A stretch of 64,000 bases of DNA from Anthoceros angustus. Its lineage: Eukaryota; Plantae; Anthocerotophyta. Of this stretch, positions 46,880 to 59,210 are shown piece after piece. The position numbers were made by a program, and so were the translations under genes. The stretch spans positions 248,001 to 312,000 of the forward strand of contig MU008164.1 of NCBI GenBank assembly GCA_010909165.1. The letters are read 5' to 3'. Positions within the stretch are counted from its first letter, which is position 1. The number at the start of each line of letters is the position of its first letter. The notes under the pieces are model-generated. The model made no database searches, was not told where the DNA came from, and worked only from the letters and a program-made list of their open reading frames with translations.

Positions 46880-47800
46880 TCCATCCATCGCCTGGGCGCC
46901 ATCATCTTCCTTCCGTCAAAGGTTGAGTACCATAGAAGGCCCAAAGGTTCGTTGCCCCTCATCGAGAGGGTCTCCCCTTTCTTTCATTCTCTCTCGACCT
47001 TGGGGCACAATTTGAGCCTTCCCAATATCCTTCTCGCCACGCAAACCTCCTTGGCCTGAATTGAGATGGACCTCGGCGATGCGGCCTGTGTCACCTCCTC
47101 CGCATCCGGCGAAGATTATATCCATGTACATGCCGGAATGAATTCTCGCACATGCATCCAATATCCATTCCCTTCCTTGGAGAATGTCTTGATAAGCTTC
47201 ATCATCAAACCTAAAGGCCATAGGGTAGGGCATAACAAGTTTGTCAAGTGAATGGTATACCGCTTTTTCACAACGATGGTGGGCAATCATCGACCGACCA
47301 TCATTGAAAGTGCCCCGCAAAGCATTAGGTAACATGACACACTGCAACTCGTAGCTTTTCTTGACCCCAACCGAATGACATACTCCCCAGACGAACCCAC
47401 CCTTGTCGTTGTTGATATTTGTCTTGTCCCACACAAATGAAACAAGTCCACGCCTGCACCACTTCCGCATAGGCTCGCACAATATGTGAATCTTCCACAC
47501 CATGCATTATGATCATCCTAAATCCTCTCGCATTCGTTAAGTATTGAAGAAATGCAAAACATTACCCACTTGCCAAGCATCAAACCTTCCATCCTTAGGG
47601 CCCTTGTCGAATCCATGGGACATCCATCACAAGCAAAGAGTACCTCCTCTTCCTCACAAAACCTCGCATATCCCGGACATCTCGAGCATGAACTGACATC
47701 GCACTTTTTCTCCGATCAGGATGTTGAATTGCAACCGTCCTCTTCTATGTCCCTATTCACGAGCTCCCGTTGCTCATCCTTCAAGCCCTTCCATGTGTTG
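46880..47800 (-). pseudogene. M2: beta-class amino-methyltransferase with an internal inversion
   Basis: EVNTWKGLKDEQRELVNRD...YSLLVMDVP; RMIIMHGVED; FVWDKTN; LDKLV..P.LGLMMKLIKTFSKE; WILDACA. Colinear with M1 and M3. Confidence 0.8.
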
Positions 47801-48266
47801 ACCTCATAAATAAACTGTTGAAAGTTTTCAGGGTACTTGGTGAGGACGTAATGTCTTTTGTTGCTGCACAAAAACAAAGTTGTTTGTCAGTATTAATGGG
47901 AGAGGGACTTCGACGGCATGCCCTCCCCGCACAGGGCCTCCAGGGGTCTGGGCCCAGGCATGCCGCCGGCATGCCGCCTCCTCAAAGGCTACCCCTCAGC
48001 ATAGACGCCCCAACTTCCCATTAAGCGGGCGCAGATGCCGCGCCCCAAGCGGAATATGGAAAATCGGGCGTGGGAAGGAGGAAGGAAGAACGATAATATT
48101 TTAAGCGGCTGAATATACATCAAGCAGCTTTGACGTGAATATATGCAAACGGGGTTTTCGAATATTGAAATGCGATTCACCGTCAAGACCCTAAACACGC
48201 CGTAGTGACATTACGCCAGATGCCGGCGCCCCAAGTCATGCCCAAACGTTACGTGCCTTGGCGCAT

Positions 48267-48581
48267 GCCGGCATCCAAGATTCATGGCCTTTGGCAATGA
48301 ATGCCGGACGCCGGACAAACACCCTTCCGCCGCCGGCATCCAAGATTCATGGCCTTTGGCAATGAATGCCGGACGTCGGACAAACACCCTTCTCGCCGGC
48401 AGATCCAAGATTCATGGCCTTTGGCAATGAATGGACGTCGGACAAACACCCTTCTGCCGGCATCCAAGATTCATGGCCTTTGGCAATGAATGCCGGACGT
48501 CGGACAAACACCCTTCTGCCGGCATCCAAGATTCATGGCCTTTGGCAATGAATGCCGGACGTCGGACAAACACCTCCTTCC
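48267..48581. repeat. Five ~62-bp tandem units with internal dyad symmetry
   Basis: Unit GCCGGCATCCAAGATTCATGGCCTTTGGCAATGAATGCCGGACGTCGGACAAACACCCTTCT; no unique spacers. Confidence 0.95.
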
Positions 48582-48871
48582 GGCCGAAACTACCAATCTG
48601 TAATGGCTTCTCTGGACTGCTCAACATCTGTTAGACACCCTAGGCTAGTGGCTAAGAAACCACCTGAAATGTGATGGCTTCTCCGGACTGGCTATTAAAA
48701 ACAAGGAGCATGGGGGAGCATAAGGGCATGAAGAAGAAGAAGAAGAAGAATGAGGGCATGAGGGCGCTGGCATGCCGGCGCCCTCACTTCAACATATAGT
48801 TTGTGCTTCCAATTGGTTGTGTGCAAGAAAGTTAATGAAGTGGTAACACCCGAAAATTATGAGTAAGAGGT

Positions 48872-49055
48872 CTTGGGTTCAAGTCCTCTTTTAGGGCGCC
48901 GGCATGCCAGCGCCCTTTAAAGGTAAACTTTCCTTGGGTTCAAGTCTTCTTTTAAGGCGCCGGCATGCCGGCGCCCTTTAAAGGTAAACTTTCCTTGGGT
49001 TCAAGTCTTCTTTTAAGGCGCCGGCATGCCACCGCCCTTTAAAGGTAAACTTTCC
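48872..49055. repeat. Three 61-bp tandem units with a palindromic core
   Basis: Units start at 48872, 48933 and 48994. The middle unit holds the perfect 20-bp palindrome GGCGCCGGCATGCCGGCGCC (48956-48975). Confidence 0.92.
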
Positions 49056-50699
49056 CTATTGTGTAGGCTTTAAAGGTAAGCTTTTCCTATTGTGTACAGA
49101 ATAGATAATGTGGATTGAAATGAGAGCACAGTAAAAGTGATAGATGATTGGTTTGGTTTAAAATTCCTTATCTGCTTTTCCTTTGATAGCACTAATCCAT
49201 GAAGAAGGTGGGACTCGACAAGTACAAAACACACACCACACACATGCAAACGGCAATTGCATTCCATGATTTCGAGAAGATGGAAACAGGGACTCTCACC
49301 GCTGCATGTTGAATTTCCATTGTCATCTCCAATACTTATTACACCCCCCTCAAAACCGTTTTTCCAAAACCATATACCCTTTATGCACTGAATGAATAGC
49401 AAAAGGCCTATCCCGTGGCCTCTTCACTGCCACCAACAGAGTGTCATGTATGGGCATCATTTCAAGGTAAATGTGTGCCTACCGAGGCTGTATATCCCTT
49501 TTTCAGCCCAACTCATGGCATGTTCCTGGCTTCCTACACACACAACAACCGTACTTTTAAAACATTTTTTGTGGAAACTGGCAGGAACAGGCGTTTCTTG
49601 CCCATGTTCCCGCCGGTTACCAGTATATTCATTGGAAAAGCCGCTTCCTGTTTATTCCGATGATATGAATATTATGGTGTTAGACGAGGAAGAGTTAACC
49701 ACCAAACCACACAAACGTGGACATTCGGTTTTTTTTGCCAAAGAGATGGCAGCAGGGAGATTAGTTAAGCCCAGGGCCGCAACGCTACACTTGGTTCAAG
49801 GAACATGCGCACCCATCGACCTTCAAGACTTGAGTCAATCACAGGGGCCCTAAGAAGAAGGAGAAAGATGGCAAAAGGTCCGGAAAACCCTAAGAACCCA
49901 CGGAAAGAAGTGCGGGCCGGAAAAGCGACCCTACTTGGGACAACCAACATCCGAGACGCTTTGGCTTTGGCAAATCCCAAGGTGGAGAAACGCCATATCT
50001 TCCTCTTGCTATTTACGATCCGCAACGGCTACAGGAGAACGATGACATCGTCGTCCCGAGGACGGAAAGACAACATTCGCCAAACTAGCTAGAAACATAC
50101 ACCGTTGTCAACTGTTGGAGACTGTTTAAATGTGAGTGGGCGCACAAGTTTGTGCACAAATAGCGTGGCCAATCTAAAGGAAAAAGCTGATCGTGAATGT
50201 CTCTGGATGGTTTTCCCTCGTAATTCCGATGCACAATGTGATATATCTGTATCACAACAATAATTGAAATGTTTTGGGTGACATGTCAGGGGAGAAATAC
50301 CAAAAAGGCTGATTCCAGTGCGGATTTCCGACGTGTGCAGAAAGGGGTCCGGAAACGTCCATGTGCCAAAAGGGGTTTCAGGAGAAACCTCTTTCAGAAC
50401 AGACACTGTTAGATATCCTATTGGCATCAGCATATGCCAGAAACATCCTAAGAATACACTATAATATGCAAGGAATATGCCAAAGAATATTACTTGAGCT
50501 TATCCACTTAGCTATTGCTAACTATGTTTAATTAACACTAATCAATGCTTAATTAACATAAGCACCTTAGATTAATTAACACTAATTACTTACTTAAAGA
50601 TAAGTAATTGGATTAATTAATTCTAATCAAACACTAAACCCAAGTGCAGAGATTAGTATCACACGGCATGACACCTTCCTCCTTGTCGCCACCACTCCC

Positions 50700-51761
50700 G
50701 CATCGCCATACAAGATCTCCGGGGTTTGCTGTCCTTCCTCACGAAGTCCCTATTGCGCTTTCATCCTCCTTGCACTAAGTGGAACAACCCAGCCTTCAAA
50801 CAATTTTTTCGCTAATACAAACTTCTTTAGCCTGTATGCCGCCTCTCCGTGCCGAATGAGCTCCTCTTTCCAACTGCAAAACTCGAAACCATGTATGCGT
50901 TAGGATATTACCTAAGACAATGGAGGTCGCCTATGGCAATAGAATTGCGTCCGTAGCAATGGCCAGTGTTGTAGTCCCACTTCGCGCAACAATCCGTAAT
51001 CCAATCTCCTTCTTGAGAATGTTTTGATGAACTTCATCATCAACCCGAGAGGTCTTTACTGCACACCACCAACTTGTCTTGAGACATGTACACCGCTTTC
51101 ACCACAAGATTCATGTGCAATGACGGATCGTCCATTTTAAAAGTCCTCAGTAATATTGGGCGTCATAGCCGCCTTGTCTTCGAGCCTTCCTTCACACCGG
51201 CCACCGTTATGTACCCAATCGCCTCAAATCCACCGCTATTACTCATGTTTGTTTTGTCCCAAACGAAGGATACCATACCATCCTTGCCACATAATCCACG
51301 CATGCACTCTCTCACGAGGTGAGCTTCTTCCACTCCGTGCATGACAATGAGCCTGAATTCGTCCGCCGTCGTCTTCTCTTGGAAGCTTTGGAAAATTGTG
51401 CTCATCATGCCTGCATCCACCCGACTATCCATGGGACCAATGTCAAAGCCTCTTGGGACATCCATAACCATAGGGTATAAGCCCGTGTCCGAAGGAATCC
51501 CCGCATCTCCATAATAATTCTTTTTTTCACTTGATAGTAACATTCTTTCTCAGACCCTGGAACAGTAAACATATGCAGTCCTTCTTTCAAATCCTTGTTA
51601 GCGATTGCACGCTGCTCATCCTCAAGACTCTTCCAGTTGTTAATCTCAAATATAAAGTTCTTGAAATCCTCGGGCAACTTCTGCAAATTCTCCACATCCT
51701 TTATTTGTTGAACGCCAGGTCAAGAAAAAACGTTAGAGCAGGGACACCATATGCCTATTGT
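50700..51761 (-). pseudogene. M3: beta-class amino-methyltransferase domain (partial duplicate at 52928-53275)
   Basis: LPEDFKNFIFEINNWKSLEDEQRAIANKDL...AYTLMVMDVPRGFDIGPMD (DVPR at 51451-51462, identical in the duplicate); RLIVMHGVEEAH; VSFVWDKTN; GRNSIAI; KEVCISEK. Acceptor GGTTGTAG| at 51762. Confidence 0.82.
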
Positions 51762-54425
51762 CTACAACCAAGAGGCACCCGATGACGAAGGAGGATGTCC
51801 GGCCGGCGCCCTTCACATCCTCCTTCGTCATCGTCGCCCTCCCACAGTTGGTTATGGGGTGAAGGCCTGCACGATGCCATGGGCGCCGGCCGGCCGACGC
51901 CCGTCATCAGGGTTTGGCCCTGCCCCCTTAAACAACACCTCGGTCTCCTCCCTGGGCCGCCTTCTCCTTGGTTGTGCTAGCCTTCCCAGACATTAGGCTA
52001 CCCGATTTCCCATGCCCAATCGACAAAGGCACCTCCGTGGTGCTTGATGGCTTTGTTGGTAGCCCACACCGAGATAGTCCGCACGCCTTCTCCAACATCC
52101 ACAGCAAATTGCGCCGCATCCTTCTTCTTGCCGCCAGCCGTGATTTCTTTGCTTTGGGCATAGGGTCGGATGGTCTACCTTTGGCTCTCCTCTTCCTTCC
52201 TACTTCGCTCACCGCCACCATCCCGAACGTGAACTGACGCTCGGGCGTCACGGCCGAGCCGAGGCCGTTAGGCCGAGACCGTTCTAGGCCGTGGCGCCCG
52301 ACGAGCGTTCGTTCTGGCGTAAGGGGCGGTGCGGGGCGAGGCCGCCCACTCGACTTCGACCGGCGGTATGGGATCTGCATCTTTAGAACTGCCTTGTGCA
52401 ACCACTTTAAAAGTCTTTTTCTCTCTCTTTCCACTTTCACTTCGCGAGTTTTCACTTTCACGCTGCTTCGTTTGCCTTTTCACAGTTTTGGGATTTATCC
52501 TTTCTAACTTTCTTCTGCTGGCGTTGAAGGGGTGTACACCGGCGATTTCGGATCTGCTCTGTCTTCAGAATAATACTTCTTTCTTTGTTCATTATACGGT
52601 CCAGAAAGAAAGTTAATCATTTCGAAAATTTCGTCCAAACGGGAATATTTCTGCAGGCAATGGTAAATGTTAGATATCGTACATATTCAATTTCACCACT
52701 GTAAATATGATGTACTAACCTCAAATAGTGCAAACAACTCCTTTTGATTCTTCGATAACTACAAACAAAAAATGCAGTTAATATTTTACCTCCATCTCAA
52801 GTCGAAGAAGATCTTGCTCGGTAAATACCTTTCTCACTAATGTGAGGCAATGGCTGTGAAGATTTCCCACACTACGGAAATGTGATTGGGCGTTACGCAA
52901 AGAGGTATCAACGTTAGAATTTACATATTTGGAAAATTGTGCTCATCATGCCTGCATCCACCCGACTATCCATGGGACCAATGTCAAAGCCTCTTGGGAC
53001 ATCCATAACCATAAGGGTATAAGCCCGTGTCCGAAGGAATCCCCGCATCTCCATAATAATTCTTTTTTTCACTTGATAGTAACATTCTTTCTCAGACCCT
53101 GGAACAGTAAACATATGCAGTCCTTCTTTCAAATCCTTGTTAGCGATTGCACGCTGCTCATCCTCAAGACTCTTCCAGTTGTTAATCTCAAATATAAAGT
53201 TCTTGAAATCCTCGGGCAACTTCGCAAATTCTCCACATCCTTTATTTGTTGAACGCCAGTCAAGAAAAACGTTAGAGTGGACACCATATGCCTATTGTCT
53301 ACAACCAAGAGCTGATGATGGAGGATGTCCGGCGCCCTTCACATCCTCCTTCATCGCCGCCTCCCATTGCTGGTTATGGGGTGAAGGCTGACGATGCCAT
53401 GGGCGCCCGCCGACGCCCGTCATCGTGGTTTGGCCTCGCCTTAAACAACACCTCGGTCTCCTCGGGCCTTCTCCTTGGTTGTGCTAGCCTTCCCGGACAT
53501 TAGGCTACCCGATTTCATGCCCAATCGCGGCACCTCCGTGGTCGGTGCTTGATGGCTCGGGTTGTAGCCGCGCCCACCGAGGAGATAGTCCGCACGCCTT
53601 CTCCAACATCCACAACAAATTGCGCCGCATCCTTCTTCTTGCCGCCAGCCGTGATTTCTTTGCTTTGGGCATAGGGTCAGGATGGTCTACCTTTGGCTCT
53701 CCTCTGTCCTTCCTACTTCGCTCACCGCTTACCATCTGAAGCGTGATGAACGGACGCTGAGGGGCGTCGTCGAACGGCCGAGGCTGAGGCCGAGACCGTT
53801 CTAGGCCGTGGCGCCCGACGAGCGCTCGCTCTCTCGTGGGAGCGGGTGCCGGGCCGCCGACGCTCCCCACTCGACTTCGCATCGAGGTAGCCGAGGTCTG
53901 TCATCTTTAGAATCATGTTGCCTTGTGCAACCACTTTAAAAGTCTTTTTCTCTCTCTTTCACAGACTTCGTAGTTTTCACTTTCACGCTGCTTGCCTTTT
54001 CACGCTTACGATTTATCCTTTCTAACTTTCTTCTCGTTGAAGGGGTGTACACCGCGATTTCGGATCCGCGCCTTCGTAATAATACTTCTTTCTTTGTTCA
54101 TTATACGGTCCAAAGAAAGTTAATCATTTCAAATTTCATTCAAACGGAATATTTCAGCAATGGTAAATGTTAGATATCGTACATATTCAATTTCACCACT
54201 GTAAATATGATGTACTAACCTCAAATAGTGCAAACAACTCCTTTTGATTCTTGATAACTACAAACAAAAATGCAGTTAATATTTTACCTCCATCTCAAGT
54301 CGAAGAAGATCTTGCTCGGTAAATACCTTTCTCACTAATGTGAGGCAATGGCTGTGAAGATTTCCCACACTACGGAAATGTGATTGGACGTTCTGCAAAG
54401 AGGTATCAACGTTAGAATTTACATA
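51387..54425. repeat. Tandem duplication of ~1.5 kb
   Basis: Units 51387-52927 and 52928-54425. TTTGGAAAAT occurs at 51387, 52928 and 54426. Confidence 0.9.
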
Positions 54426-55832
54426 TTTGGAAAATACGAATATCAATTTTTTCCTTGTTTACATACATAAATTGTTACGGAACTAACCTTTTGAATGTTT
54501 TTTGTAGTTTCTGGATCTTCCATCAGAGTCAACAAGTCTGTGGTTTTCAGCTCCTTATTTTCAATGGCTGCTGATATTTCTGCATTACCAAAACTCAAAT
54601 TTCATTAGTACTACATAAACTGATTCAGTAAACTATACTAAGAATAATATAAACCGATAACACTTACTTTTTTGGATCTCCATGTCGCTCTAGGGTTCTT
54701 GTCGACCCATCTTCATTCAGATCGTGGATCTTTGAGGCTATGTTCCCAAATGGGAACATATCTATTTTAAAATCTTGGAAGACTTGTGGATCGAAGTTAT
54801 CCATCCATTTTCCAAAATCGCAAATTCTTCGATGGTCCATACGTTGGTGCATTATCTTGACTTCTTTTTCCTCTTTTGTCCTTTGAAAACAGTATTGTCA
54901 TTATATACTACTTACAAATATACTAATTATTAATTACAAACATACAATAGCAATTACGATGAAAGATGGTGTGTTGTTGATTTTGTCATCCATTGCTTCA
55001 ATTTTCTCCTTAATTTCCTTAGTCAGCAACTTGTTCAAAGAAGATCAGAACAAAAATTAGTATTTATTACTGTAAATAAAATACATATAATACGAAAAGT
55101 GTTAGTTGTTTACCTCCAAAATCGACTGAATTGAGATCTGTTGTCCATTAAACCTCCGGACCAGAGTCATTGTTTCCAACTCTAATTGAGCTGTTGTTCG
55201 GAGATTCTTCTTAATATCCTGTAACCATATACAACTAAAGTGAGTTGCAGATACAGTCGTTGTACAGTCCTACAGAAAGTTGCAGAACCAAGTCTTTACC
55301 TTTTTAATTTTTTCCAGTTGGGCAGGCACCTGGCAAAGGAGCTGCAAGTCCTTTTGTCCATTGATGTGAACATAGTGTGCTCCGTTAGTACTGTATCAAA
55401 GATATCGAGTTAGAAATGTTCACAGGAGATTCAATTCAGTTAATTGAAATGTATTACCTTTCTCAACTATCTTTCGTATCTCAATGAGAGGGATTTCGAA
55501 CTTCAGCCTGTCATCATATCCTGGATCCCCATGGGTGGGAACATTGTTGTTTGATCGCCAGCTGTTAAGGTTTGTTGGGAATTTACTATTGTCGTCACTT
55601 TCTGGAAAAACAGTCATTTCAGCCATGAATCAACCAGAAAATGGATTTGGCAGCTGTAGGCAGAAATGATCATTACCTTCTTGGATGTCGACCATTTCAT
55701 CGTTGCTCTCATTCTCGGATGCCATTCTGTAATAAAAGCAACTGTCAGGCCAATGAATAACTTGAACTTTGAAAATGCACGGCGTGCGATCTTGCAGTGT
55801 AATTCTTTGTGCACAGTGCGCATGTTGTGCAT
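53505..55832 (-). pseudogene. Unknown multi-exon 'gene A' (copy 3; 3' end duplicated at 51928-52927)
   Basis: Exon-by-exon match to 34450-36560. The 3' exon encodes an R/S/K-rich tail (MPKAKKSRLAARRRMRRNLLWMLEK) lying just upstream of M3. Confidence 0.7.
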
Positions 55833-55994
55833 GCGCGTACTTTCAGCTGATAAAATATACTACGGCAACACAAAGACTATATGACTTACGCTCAAACTGG
55901 TTTTGGCATGCGTCTCCGTTAAGATATTCTGAACATGCAATTTCAGCTTCCAACGAATAGTTAGGAAAAACACGGTTAGAAATAAAATATGATT

Positions 55995-58900
55995 ACGGAC
56001 TTTTGAACTTCGTCAGAGTGATCCAATATCAAGAAAGTTGCAGCGCGCCGATGCATGCCACCGCTTAACGGCGCATGTTCCGGCAAGCCTATAAATACTC
56101 GCATAAAGTTGACTCGACAAGTTGTTGTCACGGGCGATGTTGACTCAAACATTGCTGAATGACCAATCGACTCTAGCTACATTTTGAACACGAGGTTTAA
56201 GACAACGTATGCCTAAGGAAAGGGATCTTGCGCGGCCTCTATAGGTTGAGGCAATTAGTGCGGCTCTTGCATGCAGTGCTTTGCACAGCGTCATGAGTCA
56301 CTCGAACGGTTACGTCCGGATGATTAACCGAGATTAAGCGAGAATAAAGAGGCAGTTAAGCGAGCGTCAAGCGGTCGAGAGAACTATCGAAGACTTGCTA
56401 GCGTTTCTTGGTCGAGTAGCGACTTTGAAAACGGAAACGAAACGTAGAAAGATAAGTTCGCTACAGGCTTGCCGTTCATGTCTTCTTGCGTGTTGGACTC
56501 AAGGTGTGTAGAGGAGTCTCGAGGTTTTCGCAACATACAAGGTAAGAAAAGAGCTTTTGCAAGCAAACATAGCGAAATGTATTCACAAGCAAAAGACTGA
56601 GGCAAGAGTGCGCGAGACGTGTTAGCGAGCGCAAAGAAAAGAATAAAAAGGCACACGGCGCAAGAGTGTTTGTCGTACGAGGACGAAGGGAGACCTCTTT
56701 TGTCTCCTTGGCGCTTGCGAGCGGCAGCAGTGAGTGGAAACCGTGGCGGGAAAAGCAGCACTCGGTTCTTGAGTCCAACTCGCCGTTCGGAACCTTCGCG
56801 TTGTGGTATCCTGCTAGACAACAAAAGCATGAGCATAGGCACAAGCAAAGATAACAAACAATTTCAAAGGCAAAACAAACTGGCGGCAATTTCGACCTTT
56901 GTTGCCAATCGCAAAACGTCTTGACGTGCTCTTCACCTCCGAGGGCCACGATGATGAGGTATTGCTTGTACGTGCGGAACCAAGGCGGAGGAAGCCAACG
57001 GTGAGCGTGTTGATCCGAGGCGACGCTCTGGGCGGGAAGGCAGAGCTATTCACTACGAGAAAGAAAGCGGCTGTTGGCGTGGTGGCGAGGCGTTCATAGG
57101 TGAAGGCACTTGCCGAGGTGAGCAAGGGCGTGAGAAGGAGGCTGTCGGCGTGGTGGTGAGGCGAGGTAGGAGAACCGGCGGCTGGCGATGGAACTAGCGT
57201 GAGAACTAGCAGGGGCTGGGGCGAGAGTGACACACCGCGGCGCTAGGCGGGCGTGGGGAGCGCCTAGCGGCGTGGTGGGCGCTAGAAAGTAAGTCCGAGG
57301 CGTGAGTGCTCCTTAAATAGACATGAATTAGGGTTCGATGCTTGAAGAGCCGTGCGTGTGTGTTCATTGGCGTTCGTTTCATACTCGAGGTTCGGAAATT
57401 AGGTTAGGTGTTGCATGGCTAGGTTTGGAACAAGGTGACTAGGTTGGTTGAGGCGCGGCGTGCGAATGGCGACCCTAGGTTGGTTGGGTGTCCGGCTCTA
57501 GAGTAGGTTTGGTATTTTCAAATTTGGTTGTAGAGAGAGTGGCGGCGCCGGAGAAGGGTTAGGGTTTTGGGGTCTATATAACGGGTTCACGGACTTTTGA
57601 ACTTCGTCGAGTGATCCAATATCAAGAAAGTTGCAGCGCGATGCATGCCACCGCTTAACGGCGCATGTTCCAACCTATAAATACTCGGCATAAAGTTGAC
57701 TCGACAAGTTGTTGTCACGACGCGATGTTGACTCGAAACATTGCTGAATGACCAATCGACTCTAGCTACATTTTGAACACGAGGTTTAAGACAAGCTGCC
57801 TAAGGAAAGGATGCATGCGACCTCTATAGGTTGAGACGGCGTTAGGCTCGATCTCTTGCATGCAGTGCTTTGCTGGCGGCGTCTTGAGTCACTCTTGAGC
57901 GGGTTACGTCCGGATGATTAACCGAGATTAAGCGAGAATAAAGAGGCAGTTAAGCGTCAAGCGGTCGAGAGAACTATCGAAGACTTGCTAGCGTTTCTTG
58001 GTCGAGTAGCGACTTTGAAAGCGCTAGAAAGATAAGTTCGCTACACATGGGCTTATTCTGCGTTCCGATGTCTTCTTGCGTGTTGGACTCAAGAAGGTGT
58101 GTAGAGGAGTCTCGAGGTTTTTAGCAACATTCAAGGTAAGAAATCTTTTGCAAGCAAACATAGCGATAACGAGCTATTCAAAGGCAAGAGTGCGAGGTAG
58201 GGTGTTAGCGAGCAAAAAAGAATAAAAGCCACCACGACGCAAGAGTGTTTGTCGTCGTACCCACGGAGGACGCCAAGGGAGACCTCTTTTGTCTCCTTGG
58301 CGCTTGCGAGGCGGCTTCGGACGGTGAGTGGAAAGCCGTCGGCGGGAAAATGCGGCAGACTCGGTTTTTGCAGTCAACTTTGCCGTGTTCGGAACCTTCG
58401 CGTTGTGTGGTATCCTGCGGTGAGCGGTCAAAGCATGAGCATAGGCACAAGCAAAAGACAAACAATTTCAAAGGCAAAACAAACTCTGGCGGCGAAGATT
58501 TCGACCTTTGTTGCCAATCGCTCTTGACGTGCTCTTCACCTCGAGGGCCACCGATGATGAGGGCTTATCGCTGGAACCAAAGGCGGAGGAAGCCAAGCGG
58601 TCGGGCGGTGTTCGATCGGGGCGGGCGTTGAGCTCTGGACGAAAGGCAACTCGCTATTCACTACGAGAGAAAGCGGCGGCTGTTGGCGTGGTGGCGAGGC
58701 GTTCATAGGTGAAGAGAGCGGCCTTTCTGCGGGTGAGCAAGGGCGTGGAGAAGCGCTGTCGGTGGTGAGGGGCGTGGTAGGGCGGAACCAAGCTGGCGGA
58801 GGATGGAACTAGCGTAGAACTAGCGAGGGCGAGTGACACACCAGGCGGCGTGCTAGGCGGGCGTAGAAGGGCGACTAGCAGGCGTGGTGGGCGATAAGTG

Positions 58901-59210
58901 AGTCCGAGGCGTGAGTGCTCCTTAAATAGACATGAATTAGGGTTCGGATGCTTGAAGAGCCGGTGCGTGGCGGTGTTCATTGCTGAGTTCGTTTCGCCAC
59001 GCCGAAGAGGTTCGGAAATTAGGTTAGGTGTTGCATGGCTAGGTTTGGAACAAGGTGACTAGGTTGTTGAGGAGGAGGGCGGCGTGCGAATGGCGACCCT
59101 AGGTTGGTTGGGTGTCCGCTCGGTAGAGTAGGTTTGGTATTTTCAAATTTGGTTGAGAGAGTGGCGGCCAGAGGAAGGGTTAGGGTTTTGGGGTCTATAT
59201 AAGCGGGTTC
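55995..59210. repeat. Tandem duplication of ~1.6 kb
   Basis: Units 55995-57588 and 57589-59210. ACGGAC(T/C)TTT occurs at all three boundaries; homologous to the single-copy 36770-38550. Confidence 0.88.

Noticed and set aside
48267-48581. CRISPR array
   Set aside because: The units are contiguous and near-identical with no unique spacers, there are no cas genes, and the context is eukaryotic.
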